NCBI GenBank assembly: GCA_002269645.1
Contig: NIVC01003475.1
Coordinates: 43,110 to 96,118 of the forward strand
Direction of reading: 5' to 3'
Length of the DNA: 53,009 nt
From: Macrostomum lignano
Lineage: Eukaryota
Made by a program: the position numbers and the translations under genes. The notes beneath the pieces are model-generated. The model saw only the letters and a program-made list of their open reading frames with translations, did not search any database and was not told where the DNA came from. Numbering within the stretch: position 1 is the stretch's first letter; each line of letters opens with the position of its first letter. Shown piece by piece: positions 13,043 to 24,964 of the stretch.

Positions 13043-16000
13043 CACACAAACAGACAGACAGACACACAGACAGACAGACAGCTCAGCACCAAGACGCGCT
13101 CACTGGTAGCACTGCAGGTAGACCAGGATGAGCATCCAGTCGTCCTTCTCCGCCGCACTTTTAGTCCCGAACACGGCCCGCTGCCGAGTCGGCGCAGCCA
13201 GGCCAGCCGAATCGCCGGACTCCGCAGGCGCCAGGTACTCGATAGCGAAGGTGTGCAGTTCTGTGCGCAATGCAAGTAGTATGTAGTAGTATGCAATGCG
13301 CATAAGTAATTTAAATATAGAAGAAATTTGGGAAAATTTTCCAGAAGTGAGGTCCGGAGTTCGCATCTTTGTAGAAAATATCATGAATCCTTTTTCCGAA
13401 TGGCCAGCGTTTCTTAGATCTCCCTAGAAATCCGCCAGAGAGATTCTGTTATCAGACAGCCAGACAGTCTGGGATGTTATTAAATTTATTATTACGAGAA
13501 TATTAACAAAACAATCCGTACACACAGAAGCATATGATAAAAACTTATTTTCAGCCAGTTTAGAAACAGTTGGCTGGGTTTATGCAAATAAGAGCCCAGC
13601 GAAGCCGCATGCAGCCTCAGTGCCCAGTCAGACGCGCACAAACAAAATTATTTAAAGATCAAGGGCATCAGATAACACTTGAGGGCCGGCGACCGACTGT
13701 GTCTGTTGGCTTAACTGTCCTCTGCACTGCACTTTACAGAGCGTAGAAATTTGCTTTGTTTCGAGGAGCAGCACAAAATACTCAATCTAGAGTCCAATAG
13801 TCCCAATCTAGAGTCCAATAGTCCCAATCTAGAGTCCCATAGTCCCAATCTAGAGTCCAATAGTCCCAATCTAGAGTCCAATAGTCCCAATCTAGAGTCC
13901 AATAGTCCCAATCTAGAGTCCAATAGTCCCAATCTAGAGTCCCATAGTCCCAATCTAGAGTCCAATAGTCCCAATCTAGAGTCCAATAGTCCCAATCTAG
14001 AGTCCCATAGTCCCAATCTAGAGTCCAATAGTCCCAATCTAGAGTCCAATAGTCCCAATCTAGAGTCCAATAGTCCCAATCTAGAGTCCAATAGTCCCAA
14101 TCTAGAGTCCCATAGTCCAGCCTAAAATCTCAATCTAGAGTCCCATAGTCCCAGTCTAGAGTCTCAATCTAGAGTCCCATAGTCCCAGTCTAGAGACTCA
14201 TAGTCCCAAAGTCCCAATCTAGTCCCATGGTTCCAAAGTCCCAATCCAGAGTCTCATATTCCCAGTCTAGAATCCCAATATAGAGTCCCATAGTCCAGTC
14301 TAGAATCTCAATCTAGAGTCCCATAGTCCTATTCTTGAGTCCCATAGTCTCAATCTATAGACCTACAGATCTACAGACCCATGAGGTCTACAGACCCATG
14401 AGATCTACACACCCATGAGATCTACACACCCATGAGATCTACAGACTCGCAAGATCTATAAACTCAAAATCTATAGACAGTCTATTTACTTGACAATATC
14501 TATTACAGACCCAAGACCAGCAAGTCTCGGACCGCCCACGTACCATCATCGGTCCCAGCGGCGGCTCCATCAGCAGCCGCGGCAGCATCAGCGGCAGCGG
14601 CCAGATCCAGCACGCAGAAGCGGTACTGGGCAAGGTGTACAACCCGCTTCAATTTGAATTCCTCGCCGCTGCCGCGCAGAGCCAGCGTCTTGCTGCACGC
14701 CTTCAGCACGAACAGCCGATTATTAAATAAGCAGACGCGCCTCTCGCGAAACCGGCCGCCCCGCTGTTCGAGATGCCACAGGCTGGCGTCGCGATAGAAC
14801 ACGCAGCACTTCGGTCTGGCGTCAATCTCGGCTGCGGATTTCGTTGCCTGGCGCAGCTGGTCCAGCTTCTTGGCGCAGTGCCGGTCAGGATGGTCCGCAT
14901 CCGGCGAGCGAACCGAGTTGTGAAAGAACAGCCTGGAGGCCAGCGGACTCAGCGGTCGGCACCAGCCGTCTGTAGCAGCAGATTCGGTGCCGCCGCCAAC
15001 AGCCGTCAGAGATCGCTCGAGTTCAAGCAGCACCGTGTCAATCTTGTGCCTAGTGGACACCAGTATGGATCGGCACTGCTTGATAGCGTCTCGATCCTTG
15101 GCTGACGAAGCGTCCTCGCTGCTGCCGAGGCTGCCAATCATTGTCGAAGACGGAGTCGCATCGACAGGATCGGACGAGTCGGAGATTTGTTGATCGCGCA
15201 GCTGCTCAAAGTGAGCAAGTATCCGATCGTAGTAGAGGAAATGCCCGATGGGCACCAATAGCAGGTTTGGCAGCAGGTAGCGGCAGGCAAGCAGCAGGCA
15301 GTTTCTGGTCTCGCCAGATGATGCAGACAACGGCGGCGGCGGCGGCTGTGTCGGTTCGTCACCGACGTCGGGCCGGTCGGAAGTCGCATCGCTAGGCGAA
15401 GAAGCTGTACCGCCAGATGCGGCGGACACGCTGACTAGATCTAGAGACGAGAACAGATAGTGCTGAGGCAGCTGCTGATGTTGTTGCCTACGACGGTGAT
15501 TCTGCGATTGCAAGGCAGTGGCCGCTAGGCGACTCAGGCAGCGCTGCTCCACGGTGCGGCCGAGGGATTCGTATTTCTCCTGCACTGCTCGATTGCTGAG
15601 TAGGCTCAGCAGGCGCTCCGTACAGCGTGGGTTCAAGATGTCCTGGAGGGATGGGACCGGTCATGGTCAGGGGCGATTTTCAAGACTGTCAGGGGGGGCG
15701 ATTCTTAAGACTGTCAGGGGGCGATTCTTCAGACTGTCAGGGGGCGATTCTTTAGACTGTCAGGGGGGCGATTCTTAAGACTGTCAGGGGGAGATTCTTA
15801 AGACTGTCAGGGGCGATTTTCAAGACTGTCAGGGGGCGATTTTCAAGACTGTCAGGGGGCGATTCTTCAGACTGTCAGGGGGAGATTCTTAAGACTGTCA
15901 GGGGCGATTTTCAAGACTGTCAGGGGGCGATTTTCAAGACTGTCAGGGGGCGATTCTTAAGACTGTCAGGGGGCGATTCTTAAGACTGTCAGGGGGGCGA

Positions 16001-18856
16001 TTCTTCAGACTGTCAGGGGGCGATTCCGAATGGTAGGATAAGGGGCGATTCCGAATGGCAGGCTAAGGGGCGATTCCCGATTCCCAAACAATAACAGTAG
16101 ATTTTTCATAATATTATAAAGGAAATAGACATAGACAGTTATGCAACAAGCATTACTCACCTGAGCATACTTGGCAAAGCTATCAAAGTTGCCCTCCTCA
16201 GCCAGCTCATAGAAGCAGTGCCCAATGGGCGGCTTGTCGGTGACATTCCGACTGTCATCCAGAGCCACGAACAGCAAGCCTGAGCACTCAGCTACCTGGC
16301 TAATAGCGCTGAACACCGTATCAATATCTGGCGAACTCGAATTCAACTCAACTAGCGGCTGTTTAAACAGCTGACAGACAATCTGTAATTGCTTAGAAAA
16401 TGTCTCTTCAAGGTACAGCAATTCGTTGACACCCTGGCGACATTCTTTCGGCAGTGACCATTCGTACTCCGCGTCGATTAATTGCTGATGTTGCTGCTGG
16501 TGCTGTTGCTGAGCAGTTGGCAATGAAGCAGAGAAGAACGTGTCCACAACAATCTGTGACAGAGTAAGTCGGAGTCTGTGTTTATTTTGTTTCTAGCTGC
16601 TCATATGACATACTACTGACTAAAGAAGCTTATTATACTACTGACTCTATAGAAGCTCATATGACCTAATAAGACCACCGACTAGATACATGCTTATATG
16701 ACATACTACTGACTATAGAAGTTTATATGACCTAAGACCACTGACTAGATACATGCTTATATGACATACTACTGACTATAGAAGCTTATATGACATACTA
16801 CTGACTTTATAGAAGCCTATATGACCTACTCGTAATAAGACCACTGACTAGATACATGCTTATATGACATACTACTGACTATAGAAGTTTATATGAGCTA
16901 AGACCGCTGACTAGATACATGCTTATATGACATACTACTGACTCTATAGAAGCTCATATGACCTACTACTGACTCGATAGATGCTTATATGACCTTATAT
17001 GGTTTAACATTGCAGTTCAAAAAAGTACATAATGACCCGAATAGCAATAAGAATCACCGCATACCTTAATATCGACTTTCTTCAACTCATAAATCTTAAT
17101 CTTCTTCATGTAGGTGATTGACAGGCGCATTATCTCGCAGACCACGTGCTCCATGACCAAAGTGGTGAACAGGCAGACAGACTCGTCGGCAGTCCGGGGC
17201 AGCACCCGGTGTACACATTCGAATAGGGCGATGGCCGCTTTGCGTTTCTTTCGGACAGCCAGCTCGCGCATGTCCCTGACTGAGTCCGAGTGCAGGTTGC
17301 AGCTGGCGAACAGCTGCAAATAATTGCGCAATAGCAGAGCCGTTTATGTACAAGTCGAATTTACAGCCGATATGTATCGAAAGTTTGTTTGCAAAAGGGT
17401 ACTGCGGTTAATAAAAATTTACGATTGTATAGTTTAGGCTGAGACATTGGGATGTCAGATGCGACAATGGGATGTCAGATGAGACATTGGGATGTCAGAT
17501 GAGACATTGGGATGTCAGATGCGACAATGGAATGTCAGATGAGACATTGGGATGTCAGATGAGACATTCCGGGATGTCAGATAATGTCAGATGAGACATT
17601 GGGATGTCAGATGCGACAATGGGATGTCAGATGAGACATTGGGATGTCAGATGAGACATTGGGATGTCAGATGCGACAATGGGATGTCAGATGAGACATT
17701 GGGATGTCAGATGAGACATTCCGGGATGTCAGATAATGTCAGATGAGACATTGGGATGTCAGATGAGAGATTGGAATGTCACATGAGACATTGGGATGTC
17801 AGCCTTGAGATGTCATATTGCCGATATGTATAGAAAATATACAAAACAGATTGCGAATCACACCCTACCTGAACTAAACGATCTTCAGCTTCCATCGCAG
17901 TGGCTGGCAAAGGCGATTCGCAAAGCACGGCAAACCGCTCAATAAGGTAATTTTCCAGGTAGTCCAGGGCATCCTTAGCTATGGAGTAAACTGAGCAGGA
18001 GCCCGAATCGTTGCCTGGGACCTGTCAGACGGGTGCGGTTGCGAAATCAAGCATTATTAATATATGCAAGATTACGAGCTAGTTTACTGAAAAGATGTCA
18101 GACAAGAGCATGGGATGTCAGACACTGAGACACTCGGATGTCAGCCGAGACATTGAGATATCAGCTGGGACACTGAGATGTCAGCTGGGACACTAAGATG
18201 CCAGCTGGGACACAGAGATGTCAGCTGGGACACTGAGATGTCAGCTGGGACACAGAGATGCCAGCTGGGACACTGAGATGTCAGCTGGGACACTGAGATG
18301 CCAGCTGGGACACTGAGATGTCAGCTGGGACACTTGGATGCCAGCTGAGACACTTAGATGTCAGCTGAGACACTGAGATGCCAGCTGGGACACTTAGATG
18401 TCAGCTGAGACACTGAGATGCCAGCTGGGACACTGAGATGTCAGTTGAAACACTGAGATATCAGCTGGGACAGTGAGATGTCAGCTGAGACACTTGAATG
18501 TCATTTGAGACACTTGGATGTCAGTTGAGACACTTGTATGTCAGCTGGGACACTGGGATGTCAGCTGGTACACTAGATGCCAGCTGGGACACTGAGATGC
18601 CAGCTGGGACACTAAGATGCCAGCTGGGACACTGAGATGCCAGCTGGGACACTGAGATGCCAGCTGGGACACTGAGATGCCAGCTGGGACACTAAGATGC
18701 CAGCCGTACCTTTTCCTTAAACAGGCGACACAGCGCGGCCTTCAGACGTCCCCGGAGCTGTTTGCGAATCACATCGGTCGCGGCGGCGGAGGCGACAGCC
18801 AGCGACAGCTGCGACTGGTACCGGCCGCCGCCGCCGCCGCCTCCGCCGATGCTCAT
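3551..18856 (-). CDS. sos: Son of sevenless-like Ras guanine nucleotide exchange factor (14 coding exons; histone-fold, DH, PH, REM, Cdc25, proline-rich tail)
   Basis: Exons (minus, 5' to 3'): 18856-18710, 18021-17869, 17313-17065, 16553-16161, 15642-14544, 13260-13104, 12542-12462, 11344-10838, 10341-9996, 9331-9179, 8402-8097, 6924-6773, 6573-6293, 3816-3551. All are joined by GT-AG with matching phases; total 4290 nt, open to TGA. Motifs match SOS1 recalled from memory: [58 protein letters not shown], PxxPxR. The start codon is uncertain. Confidence 0.9.
3991..5503. repeat. 45-bp minisatellite, about 33 near-identical copies, SOS last intron
   Basis: Unit TGGCTAGATTAGCAATCCATTCTAGACTCCATTATTTGTCATGAT. 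Confidence 0.98.
5990..6225. repeat. Degenerate 13-bp repeat
   Basis: AAGGAGGTTCATC units. Confidence 0.9.
6293..6573 (-). CDS. sos: SOS exon, low-complexity His/Gln/Ser region after Cdc25
   Basis: Acceptor ccgccag, donor gtgagt; phase 2 to 1; reads [10 protein letters not shown]...HHHHHQQHQ. Confidence 0.75.
6773..6924 (-). CDS. sos: SOS exon, Cdc25 C-terminus
   Basis: SIDPMG...[14 protein letters not shown], similar to SOS1 LNPMG...DYLFNKSLEIEPR; ttcag acceptor, gtttgc donor. Confidence 0.85.
6950..8096. repeat. 21-22 bp minisatellite filling a SOS intron
   Basis: CTGAAGCTTTATCTGAATGACC units with interspersed CTCTAAACCATTAGCTAAATGACT. Confidence 0.96.
8097..8402 (-). CDS. sos: SOS exon, Cdc25 helical hairpin
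   Basis: [31 protein letters not shown]...RQVADRIDE...[12 protein letters not shown]; ccag acceptor, gtaaag donor. Confidence 0.88.
8420..9070. repeat. GAGATTCG-core degenerate minisatellite
   Basis: GGTGAGATTCGATTGAGACAG grading into GGTGAGATTCGCTGAGATT. Confidence 0.92.
9179..9331 (-). CDS. sos: SOS exon, Cdc25 core
   Basis: [13 protein letters not shown]...IRLQHTW; tcgcag acceptor, gtgagc donor; phase 0 to 0. Confidence 0.9.
9432..9985. repeat. 31-bp minisatellite
   Basis: GAGGAATCGCCCACAATCCCCAGCCAATCAT units. Confidence 0.95.
9996..10341 (-). CDS. sos: SOS exon, REM-Cdc25 linker and Cdc25 start
   Basis: [30 protein letters not shown]...[14 protein letters not shown]; caaag acceptor, gttaga donor. 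Confidence 0.9.
10395..10770. repeat. 27-bp minisatellite
   Basis: GGGGAATCCCAACGGCGATTCTATAGT units. Confidence 0.92.
10838..11344 (-). CDS. sos: SOS exon, REM domain
   Basis: [64 protein letters not shown]. Confidence 0.92.
11380..12350. repeat. 21-bp minisatellite
   Basis: GTAGGGATCCGTTGCTATGGT units. Confidence 0.96.
12462..12542 (-). CDS. sos: SOS small exon, PH-REM helical linker
   Basis: ccgcag acceptor, gtgagt donor; phase 2 to 2 fits both neighbours; MFEDYLFH...TNAHGY. Confidence 0.75.
12619..13081. repeat. (CAGA)n compound microsatellite
   Basis: Fills most of SOS intron 12543-13103. Confidence 0.97.
13104..13260 (-). CDS. sos: SOS exon, PH domain C-terminus
   Basis: HTFAIEY...[21 protein letters not shown], matching SOS1 [21 protein letters not shown]. 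Confidence 0.88.
13785..14455. repeat. 21-bp minisatellite plus a short GATCTACAC repeat
   Basis: CTAGAGTCCAATAGTCCCAAT units, degenerating after about 14120. Confidence 0.95.
14544..15642 (-). CDS. sos: SOS exon, DH C-terminal half and PH N-terminal part with low-complexity insertions
   Basis: [18 protein letters not shown]; [16 protein letters not shown]; FKLKRVVHL; ctccag acceptor, gtacgt donor. Confidence 0.85.
15668..16080. repeat. About 23-bp minisatellite
   Basis: GGGGGCGATTCTTAAGACTGTCA units. Confidence 0.95.
16161..16553 (-). CDS. sos: SOS exon, DH N-terminal half
   Basis: [53 protein letters not shown]; cacag acceptor, gtgagt donor. Confidence 0.88.
16605..16995. repeat. About 29-bp degenerate minisatellite
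   Basis: GACATACTACTGACTATAGAAGCTTATAT-like units. Confidence 0.88.
17065..17313 (-). CDS. sos: SOS exon, second histone-fold
   Basis: [39 protein letters not shown], similar to SOS1 [31 protein letters not shown]. Confidence 0.82.
17440..17812. repeat. 20-bp minisatellite
   Basis: GGGATGTCAGATGAGACATT units. Confidence 0.93.
17869..18021 (-). CDS. sos: SOS exon, first histone-fold
   Basis: [30 protein letters not shown]; gacag acceptor, gtaggg donor. Confidence 0.8.
18105..18704. repeat. 20-bp minisatellite
   Basis: CAGCTGGGACACTGAGATGY units. Confidence 0.94.
18710..18856 (-). CDS. sos: SOS first confidently coding segment (frame stays open upstream to 19065)
   Basis: ATG MSIGGGG...[15 protein letters not shown] then donor gtacgg; phase 0 matches the next exon. 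Confidence 0.65.
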
Positions 18857-19056
18857 ACTGGCTGCTGCTGCTGCTGCTGCCGGCTGCTGCTGCTTGAGGA
18901 CGAGCGTAAAGTTGCTGCTATTGCCACTGCTATTGTCGTTGCTTCGATCGTTGACTGCTGCAATTCGTGTTTTGAAATCCTTCTTGTCCGTGTCCTTCGC
19001 TTTTAACGCATTAAAGTTTATAATAAATGAAGTTTGTTTAAAAATTTTGATGTTAA

Positions 19057-20196
19057 ACACACCCACTGAGATAAGGATGTTGAGCTGCTAGCACACACAC
19101 ACCCACTGAGATAAGGATGTTGAGCTGCTAGCACACACCCACTGAGATAAGGATTTTGAGCTGCTAGCACACACCCACTGAGATAAGGATGTTGAGCTGC
19201 TAGCACACACACACCCACTGAGATAAGGATGTTGAGCTGCTAGCACACACCCACTGAGATAAGGATTTTGAGCTGCTAGCACACACCCACTGAGATAAGG
19301 ATGTTGAGCTGCTAGCACACACCCACTGAGATAAGGATTTTGAGCTGCTAGCACACACACACCCACTGAGATAAGGATTTTGAGCTGCTAGCACACACAC
19401 CCACTGAGATAAGGATTTTGAGCTGCTAGCACACACACACCCACTGAGATAAGGATTTTGAGCTGCTAGCACACACACACCCACTGAGATAAGGATGTTG
19501 AGCTGCTAGCACACACCCACTGAGATAAGGATTTTGAGCTGCTAGCACACACACACCCACTGAGATAAGGATGTTGAGCTGCTAGCACACACACCCACTG
19601 AGATAAGGATTTTGAGCTGCTAGCACACACACACCCACTGAGATAAGGATGTTGAGCTGCTAGCACACACCCACTGAGATAAGGATGTTGAGCTGCTAGC
19701 ACACACACCCACTGAGATAAGGATGTTGAGCTGCTAGCACACACCCACTGAGATAAGGATTTTGAGCTGCTAGCACACACACACCCACTGAGATAAGGAT
19801 TTTGAGCTGCTAGCACACACACCCACTGAGATAAGGATGTTGAGCTGCTAGCACACACCCACTGAGATAAGGATTTTGAGCTGCTAGCACACACACACCC
19901 ACTGAGATAAGGATGTTGAGCTGCTAGCACACACACCCACTGAGATAAGGATTTTGAGCTGCTAGCACACACACACCCACTGAGATAAGGATGTTGAGCT
20001 GCTAGCACACACCCACTGAGATAAGGATGTTGAGCTGCTAGCACACACACCCACTGAAATAAGGATTTTGAGCTGCTAGCACACACACCCACTGAGATAA
20101 GGATTTTGAGCTGCTAGCACACACACACCCACTGAGATAAGGATGTTGAGCTGCTAGCACACACCCACTGAGATAAGGATTTTGAGCCGCTAGCAC
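19057..20196. repeat. 33-39 bp minisatellite with variable (AC)n spacer, about 30 copies
   Basis: CCCACTGAGATAAGGAT(G/T)TTGAGCTGCTAGC(AC)n. Confidence 0.96.
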
Positions 20197-20759
20197 AAAT
20201 TAACATACGTAATTAATTAATTAATGCAACAAATTAAATGTGCAGAAGTTGCATGTAAGGCTGTGACAGATTTCGCAAAGCAATCATAAAAAATTCATAC
20301 AAGTTGTGATAAAAAAGTTTCTATTATAGTTAGCTTTGAATGAATTTCTAAATAATTCCAGGGGCGTCAACAATCCCAGCGCCAAACTCGACCAATTTTA
20401 AACGAACTAAAAGATATTGCACTGCACTTTTATTGCAAAACTGTCTGGCTTGGGAGGAGGGGGTAAGCGAAAGAGCTTTATATATATATATCCGCGACCA
20501 TATTTCGGGTCAGGACCGTTTCCGCTTTCCAATAAAAAGGACCCCAATTTCTCTCTGTCTGTCTGTCGCCCAGATTATCCACTAGCTTCTGCACCACCAA
20601 TTGCCTGCTATAGTTCGCCTGACATAACGTCAAGACTTATGCTATAAACATATTTCGCTATAGAATGCAGAAAAATACTAATGTTTTTAATTTACAGTTA
20701 AACCCAGAGAGCAAATGTAAATTCATCTTTAGCACAAGGTGATGATTTGAACTCAATAT

Positions 20760-21310
20760 GACTTCTTGTCTGCAGTCTGGGATTTCTTGTCCGCAGTCTA
20801 TGGAATTTCTTGTCTGCAGTCTATGGGATTTCTTGTCTGTATTCTATGGGATTTCTTGTCTGCAGCCTATGGGATTTCTTGTTCGCAGTCTATGGAATTT
20901 CTTGTCTGCAGTCTATGGGATTTCTTGTCTGTATTCTATGGGATTTCTTGTTCGCAGTCTATGGGATTTCTTTTCCGCAGTCTATGGGATTTCTTGTCTG
21001 TATTCTATGGGATTTCTTGTTCGCAGTCTATGGATTTCTTGTCTGTATTCTATGGGATTTCTTTTCCGCAGTCTACGGGATTTCTTGTCTGCAGTCTATG
21101 TGATTTATTGGCTGTATTCTATGGGATTTCTTGTCCGATGTCTATGGGATTTATTGTCTGTATCCTATAGGATTTGTCTGCAGTCTACGGGATTTCTTGT
21201 CTGCAGTCTATGTGATTTATTGGCTGTATTCTATGGGATTTCTTGTCCGATGTCTATGGGATTTATTGTCTGTATCCTATAGGATTTGTCTGCAGTCGAT
21301 GGGATTTCTT
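20760..21310. repeat. 23-bp degenerate minisatellite
   Basis: TCTATGGGATTTCTTGTCTGCAG-like units. Confidence 0.92.
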
Positions 21311-22189
21311 GGCTATTCTGTTGTGCCTGTAATAACATGTCTTGTGCTACATTGAATATTACATACACAAAATATGCTACAACTTTCAATGCAATGGTCA
21401 ATGCATATTTTAGCTTACCTTTAGCCACCAAAAAGTTGAGCATTCTATTAGAATATTTTCATGACAGTATTGAGAGCCTGTTAGCCAGACTTAAGCTTCA
21501 GCGTCAGCTTAGAATCATCTGGTCATTTCGCTTTCTTTTATTTGGTCGGCAGGCATCAAAGGAGCTGACTGCATTCTCCCTTACCTCCCCTTCCTCAAGC
21601 AGATGACTGTATCGATCTATTCAAAAGGAGGCCAATATACAAAGAGCTTAGCTTAGATTTCTCTCCATAATTCAGGAATAAAACTGCTGCATTTATGTGC
21701 ACTGCTTTCGCCATAACCGATTACCTCGTCCACCTACAGTAGGCTTCCCTGACCAAGCAGAGAAGCTCAAGAAGATGCAGAGCCATCCGGGTATTGAGAT
21801 TTGGCAAAAGAAAAAGCAAACAAGCTCAAGACAGGGCCGGTTCTACTTCTACAAGAAGTGGTGAGTCCAAAATGTGGGTCGGAGAAAGCATAGTCCAAGC
21901 ACAACAGGTTCGCATCCCAGACCTGGGACAAAAATCCTCAGTGCTGCCATTTTCCTACCCAATTGTAGCCATTACTAATTATTCACTGGTGCAAAGGAAA
22001 GGAGAGACTTTCTATTTAATAAACTGCAGTGAAAATTGAGAAACTACAGGCGAAACACGATCTTACTTACCTGCCAGGGCTTGCTGGCGCTGGGCCAAGA
22101 ACATGTAAATTGAAACTTACTTGGACATTTTTAAATTGTATCCTTTTAATTGAATAAAATTTAGCTGCAATCTAAGCGATTTCTTAACT

Positions 22190-23570
22190 GCATTTTCTGG
22201 GATTTCTTGGCTGCATTCACTGTGATTTCCTGGCTGCATTCACTGGGATTTTTTAGCTGCATTCACTGTGATTTCTTGGCTGCATTCACTGCTTGACTGC
22301 ATTTACTGGGATTTTTAAGTGCATTTTTTTAGGATTTCTTGACTTCATTTTTTGGGATTTCATGACTTCATATTCCGGGACTTCTAAGTGCATTCACTGG
22401 GATTTCATGACTTCATTTTCTGGGATTTCTTGACTTCATTCACTGGGATTTCTTAAGTGCATTTTCTGGGATTTCTTGACTTCATTTTCTCGGATTTCTA
22501 AGTGCATTCACTGGGATTTTTGACTTCATTTTCTGGGATTTTTTCACTTTATTTTCTGGGATTTCTTGGCTGCATTCACTGGGATTTTTGACTTCATTTT
22601 CTGGGATTTCTTGACTTTATTTTCTGGGATTTCTTGGCTGCATTCACTGGGATTTTTGACTTCATTTTCTGGGATTTCTTGACTTTATTTTCTGGGATTT
22701 CTTGACTTCATTTTCTGGGATTTCTAGGTGCATTCACTGGGATTTTTTACTTCATTTTCTGGGATTTCTAGGTGCATTCACTGGGATTTTTGACTTCATT
22801 TTCTGGGATTTCTTGACTTTATCTTCTGGGATTTCTTGACTTCATTTTCTGGGATTTCTAAGTGCATTCACTGGGATTTTTGACTTCATTTTCTGGGATT
22901 TCTTGACTTTATCTTCTGGGATTTTTTGACTTCATTTTCTGGGATTTCTTGACTTTATCTTCTGGGATTTCTTGACTTCATTTTCTGGGATTTTTGACTT
23001 CATTTTCTGGGATTTTTTCACTTTATTTTCTGGGATTTCTTGGCTGCATTCACTGGGATTTTTGACTTCATTTTCTGGGATTTCTTGACTTTATTTTCTG
23101 GGATTTCTTGGCTGCATTCACTGGGATTTTTGACTTCATTTTCTGGGATTTCTTGACTTTATTTTCTGGGATTTCTTGACTTCATTTTCTGGGATTTCTA
23201 GGTGCATTCACTGGGATTTTTGACTTCATTTTCTGGGATTTCTAGGTGCATTCACTGGGATTTTTGACTTCATTTTCTGGGATTTCTTGACTTTATCTTC
23301 TGGGATTTCTTGACTTCATTTTCTGGGATTTCTAAGTGCATTCACTGGGATTTCTTGACTTCATTTTCTGGGATTTCTAAGTGCATTCACTGGGATTTTT
23401 GACTTCATTTTCTGGGATTTCTTGACCTTATCTTCTGGGATTTTTTGACTTCATTTTCTGGGATTTCTTGACTTTATCTTCTGGGATTTCTTGACTTCAT
23501 TTTCTGGGATTTTTGACTTCATTTTCTGGCATTTCTTGACTTTATTATCTGGGATTCCTTGGCTGCATTC
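22190..23570. repeat. About 23-bp degenerate minisatellite
   Basis: CTGGGATTTCTTGACTTCATTTT / GTGCATTCACTGGGATTT units. Confidence 0.94.
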
Positions 23571-24964
23571 AGAGATGTCTTGTCTGCCTTCTGTAAGATT
23601 TTTGTCTACATACTTTAGGATTTGTCTGCATTCTGTGTATAGTACATATGCAACTGCTAGCTGGCCAAGCCAATCTGGCTAGCATAATTTGTGGAAGACC
23701 AAGGGTAAATCACAAAATTGAGGACAAAGAAGCAAAAAAGACAAGAAAACAAAGAAACAAAAAGGGAAAAGGCAAGATGATAAAAAATGAAAAGTGATAT
23801 AGAGAAAAAATGGAAAAAACAAAAACAAGAAGCAAAAGGAGAATAAGACAAGGCAAGTTGCAAAAGGAACAAACTATGTTATACAAGGGATTTCAAATTT
23901 TCTCTCAAAACTGTTTTTTTTATTCAAATCTAAGTCTTGTAGCCAGTATAATTTTAAAGGTTAAATATATACATGATTTGATAAGATTCTAATTCCAAGC
24001 AACAATATCTAGAATTTTTTGAAGACTTTTTAAAGGAGTTTTCTAGGATTACAGGAATAATTCAAATAGATTTCAAGACAAAACTTCATCAATAATTTTT
24101 GTAGCAGTTTTAGAATTTCCTATATGACTCAATATTATTAAAACTGTAAGGCCTACTTAGGCTATTATAAACAATTAATTAATATTATTGTATATAGCAT
24201 AAGTTTATTCATATCTTGAGATTATAACTAAGCACAATTATAGTATAATAAGACAAAGGCTCTACCTATATAGAAGCATAATAATAAATATAGTTAGAGG
24301 CCTATGCTTACTATTAGAGTTCCAACAAATACTTGACTTGATTCTTGAAAGTTGAGTACTCAACGCTATTTTTCTTATACTCAAAGTTGAGAAATTTTTG
24401 TCCAATAGCTGAGTAGTCAAAAATTATTTTAAATAAACTTCCATTTTTATCCTATTTGTACTTTTACCATGTGTCACCAACCAGAACTCAATTGCAAAAA
24501 AATATACCACTTGCATTTTTAGTTTTACTGTTTATTCTCTTTATTGTAGTTATTGTGTAAACTATGCCAGATGCCCCCCTCTCCTGCACAGTGGCACAAC
24601 CAACCTCCTCCCTCTAGGCAAATGCCTAAAAATCAAAGGTGGATCAAGTGAATTTTTGCCAAAAACAGAGCCACCCCCTTTGTCTTCCTTGGGTCTCTAC
24701 CAGTGTTGCCACTATAGCAACCAAAGAAATTATTGCAGGATAAGAAAAAAATCGCAGGAACAAATTTCTTATTTGTCATAGAGAAAAAGGCGCCAGTAGA
24801 CGAAAACAACTTTCTTTTTTTAGCTTTCTATTTCTAATTCCATCTTCTATTTGACTAAAAAACTGCTACAATTTGCAATAACTGCATGCAACTCTCATTT
24901 ACGCCGAATCAGTGAAGTAGTCATACAACACAAGCATTTTCTTAAGGGAAGACAGGCATACATA

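Noticed and set aside
13711-14125. LESNSPN / LLDSRLG repeat proteins
   Set aside because: The 21-bp unit is a multiple of 3 and lies inside a SOS intron, so open frames are expected by chance.
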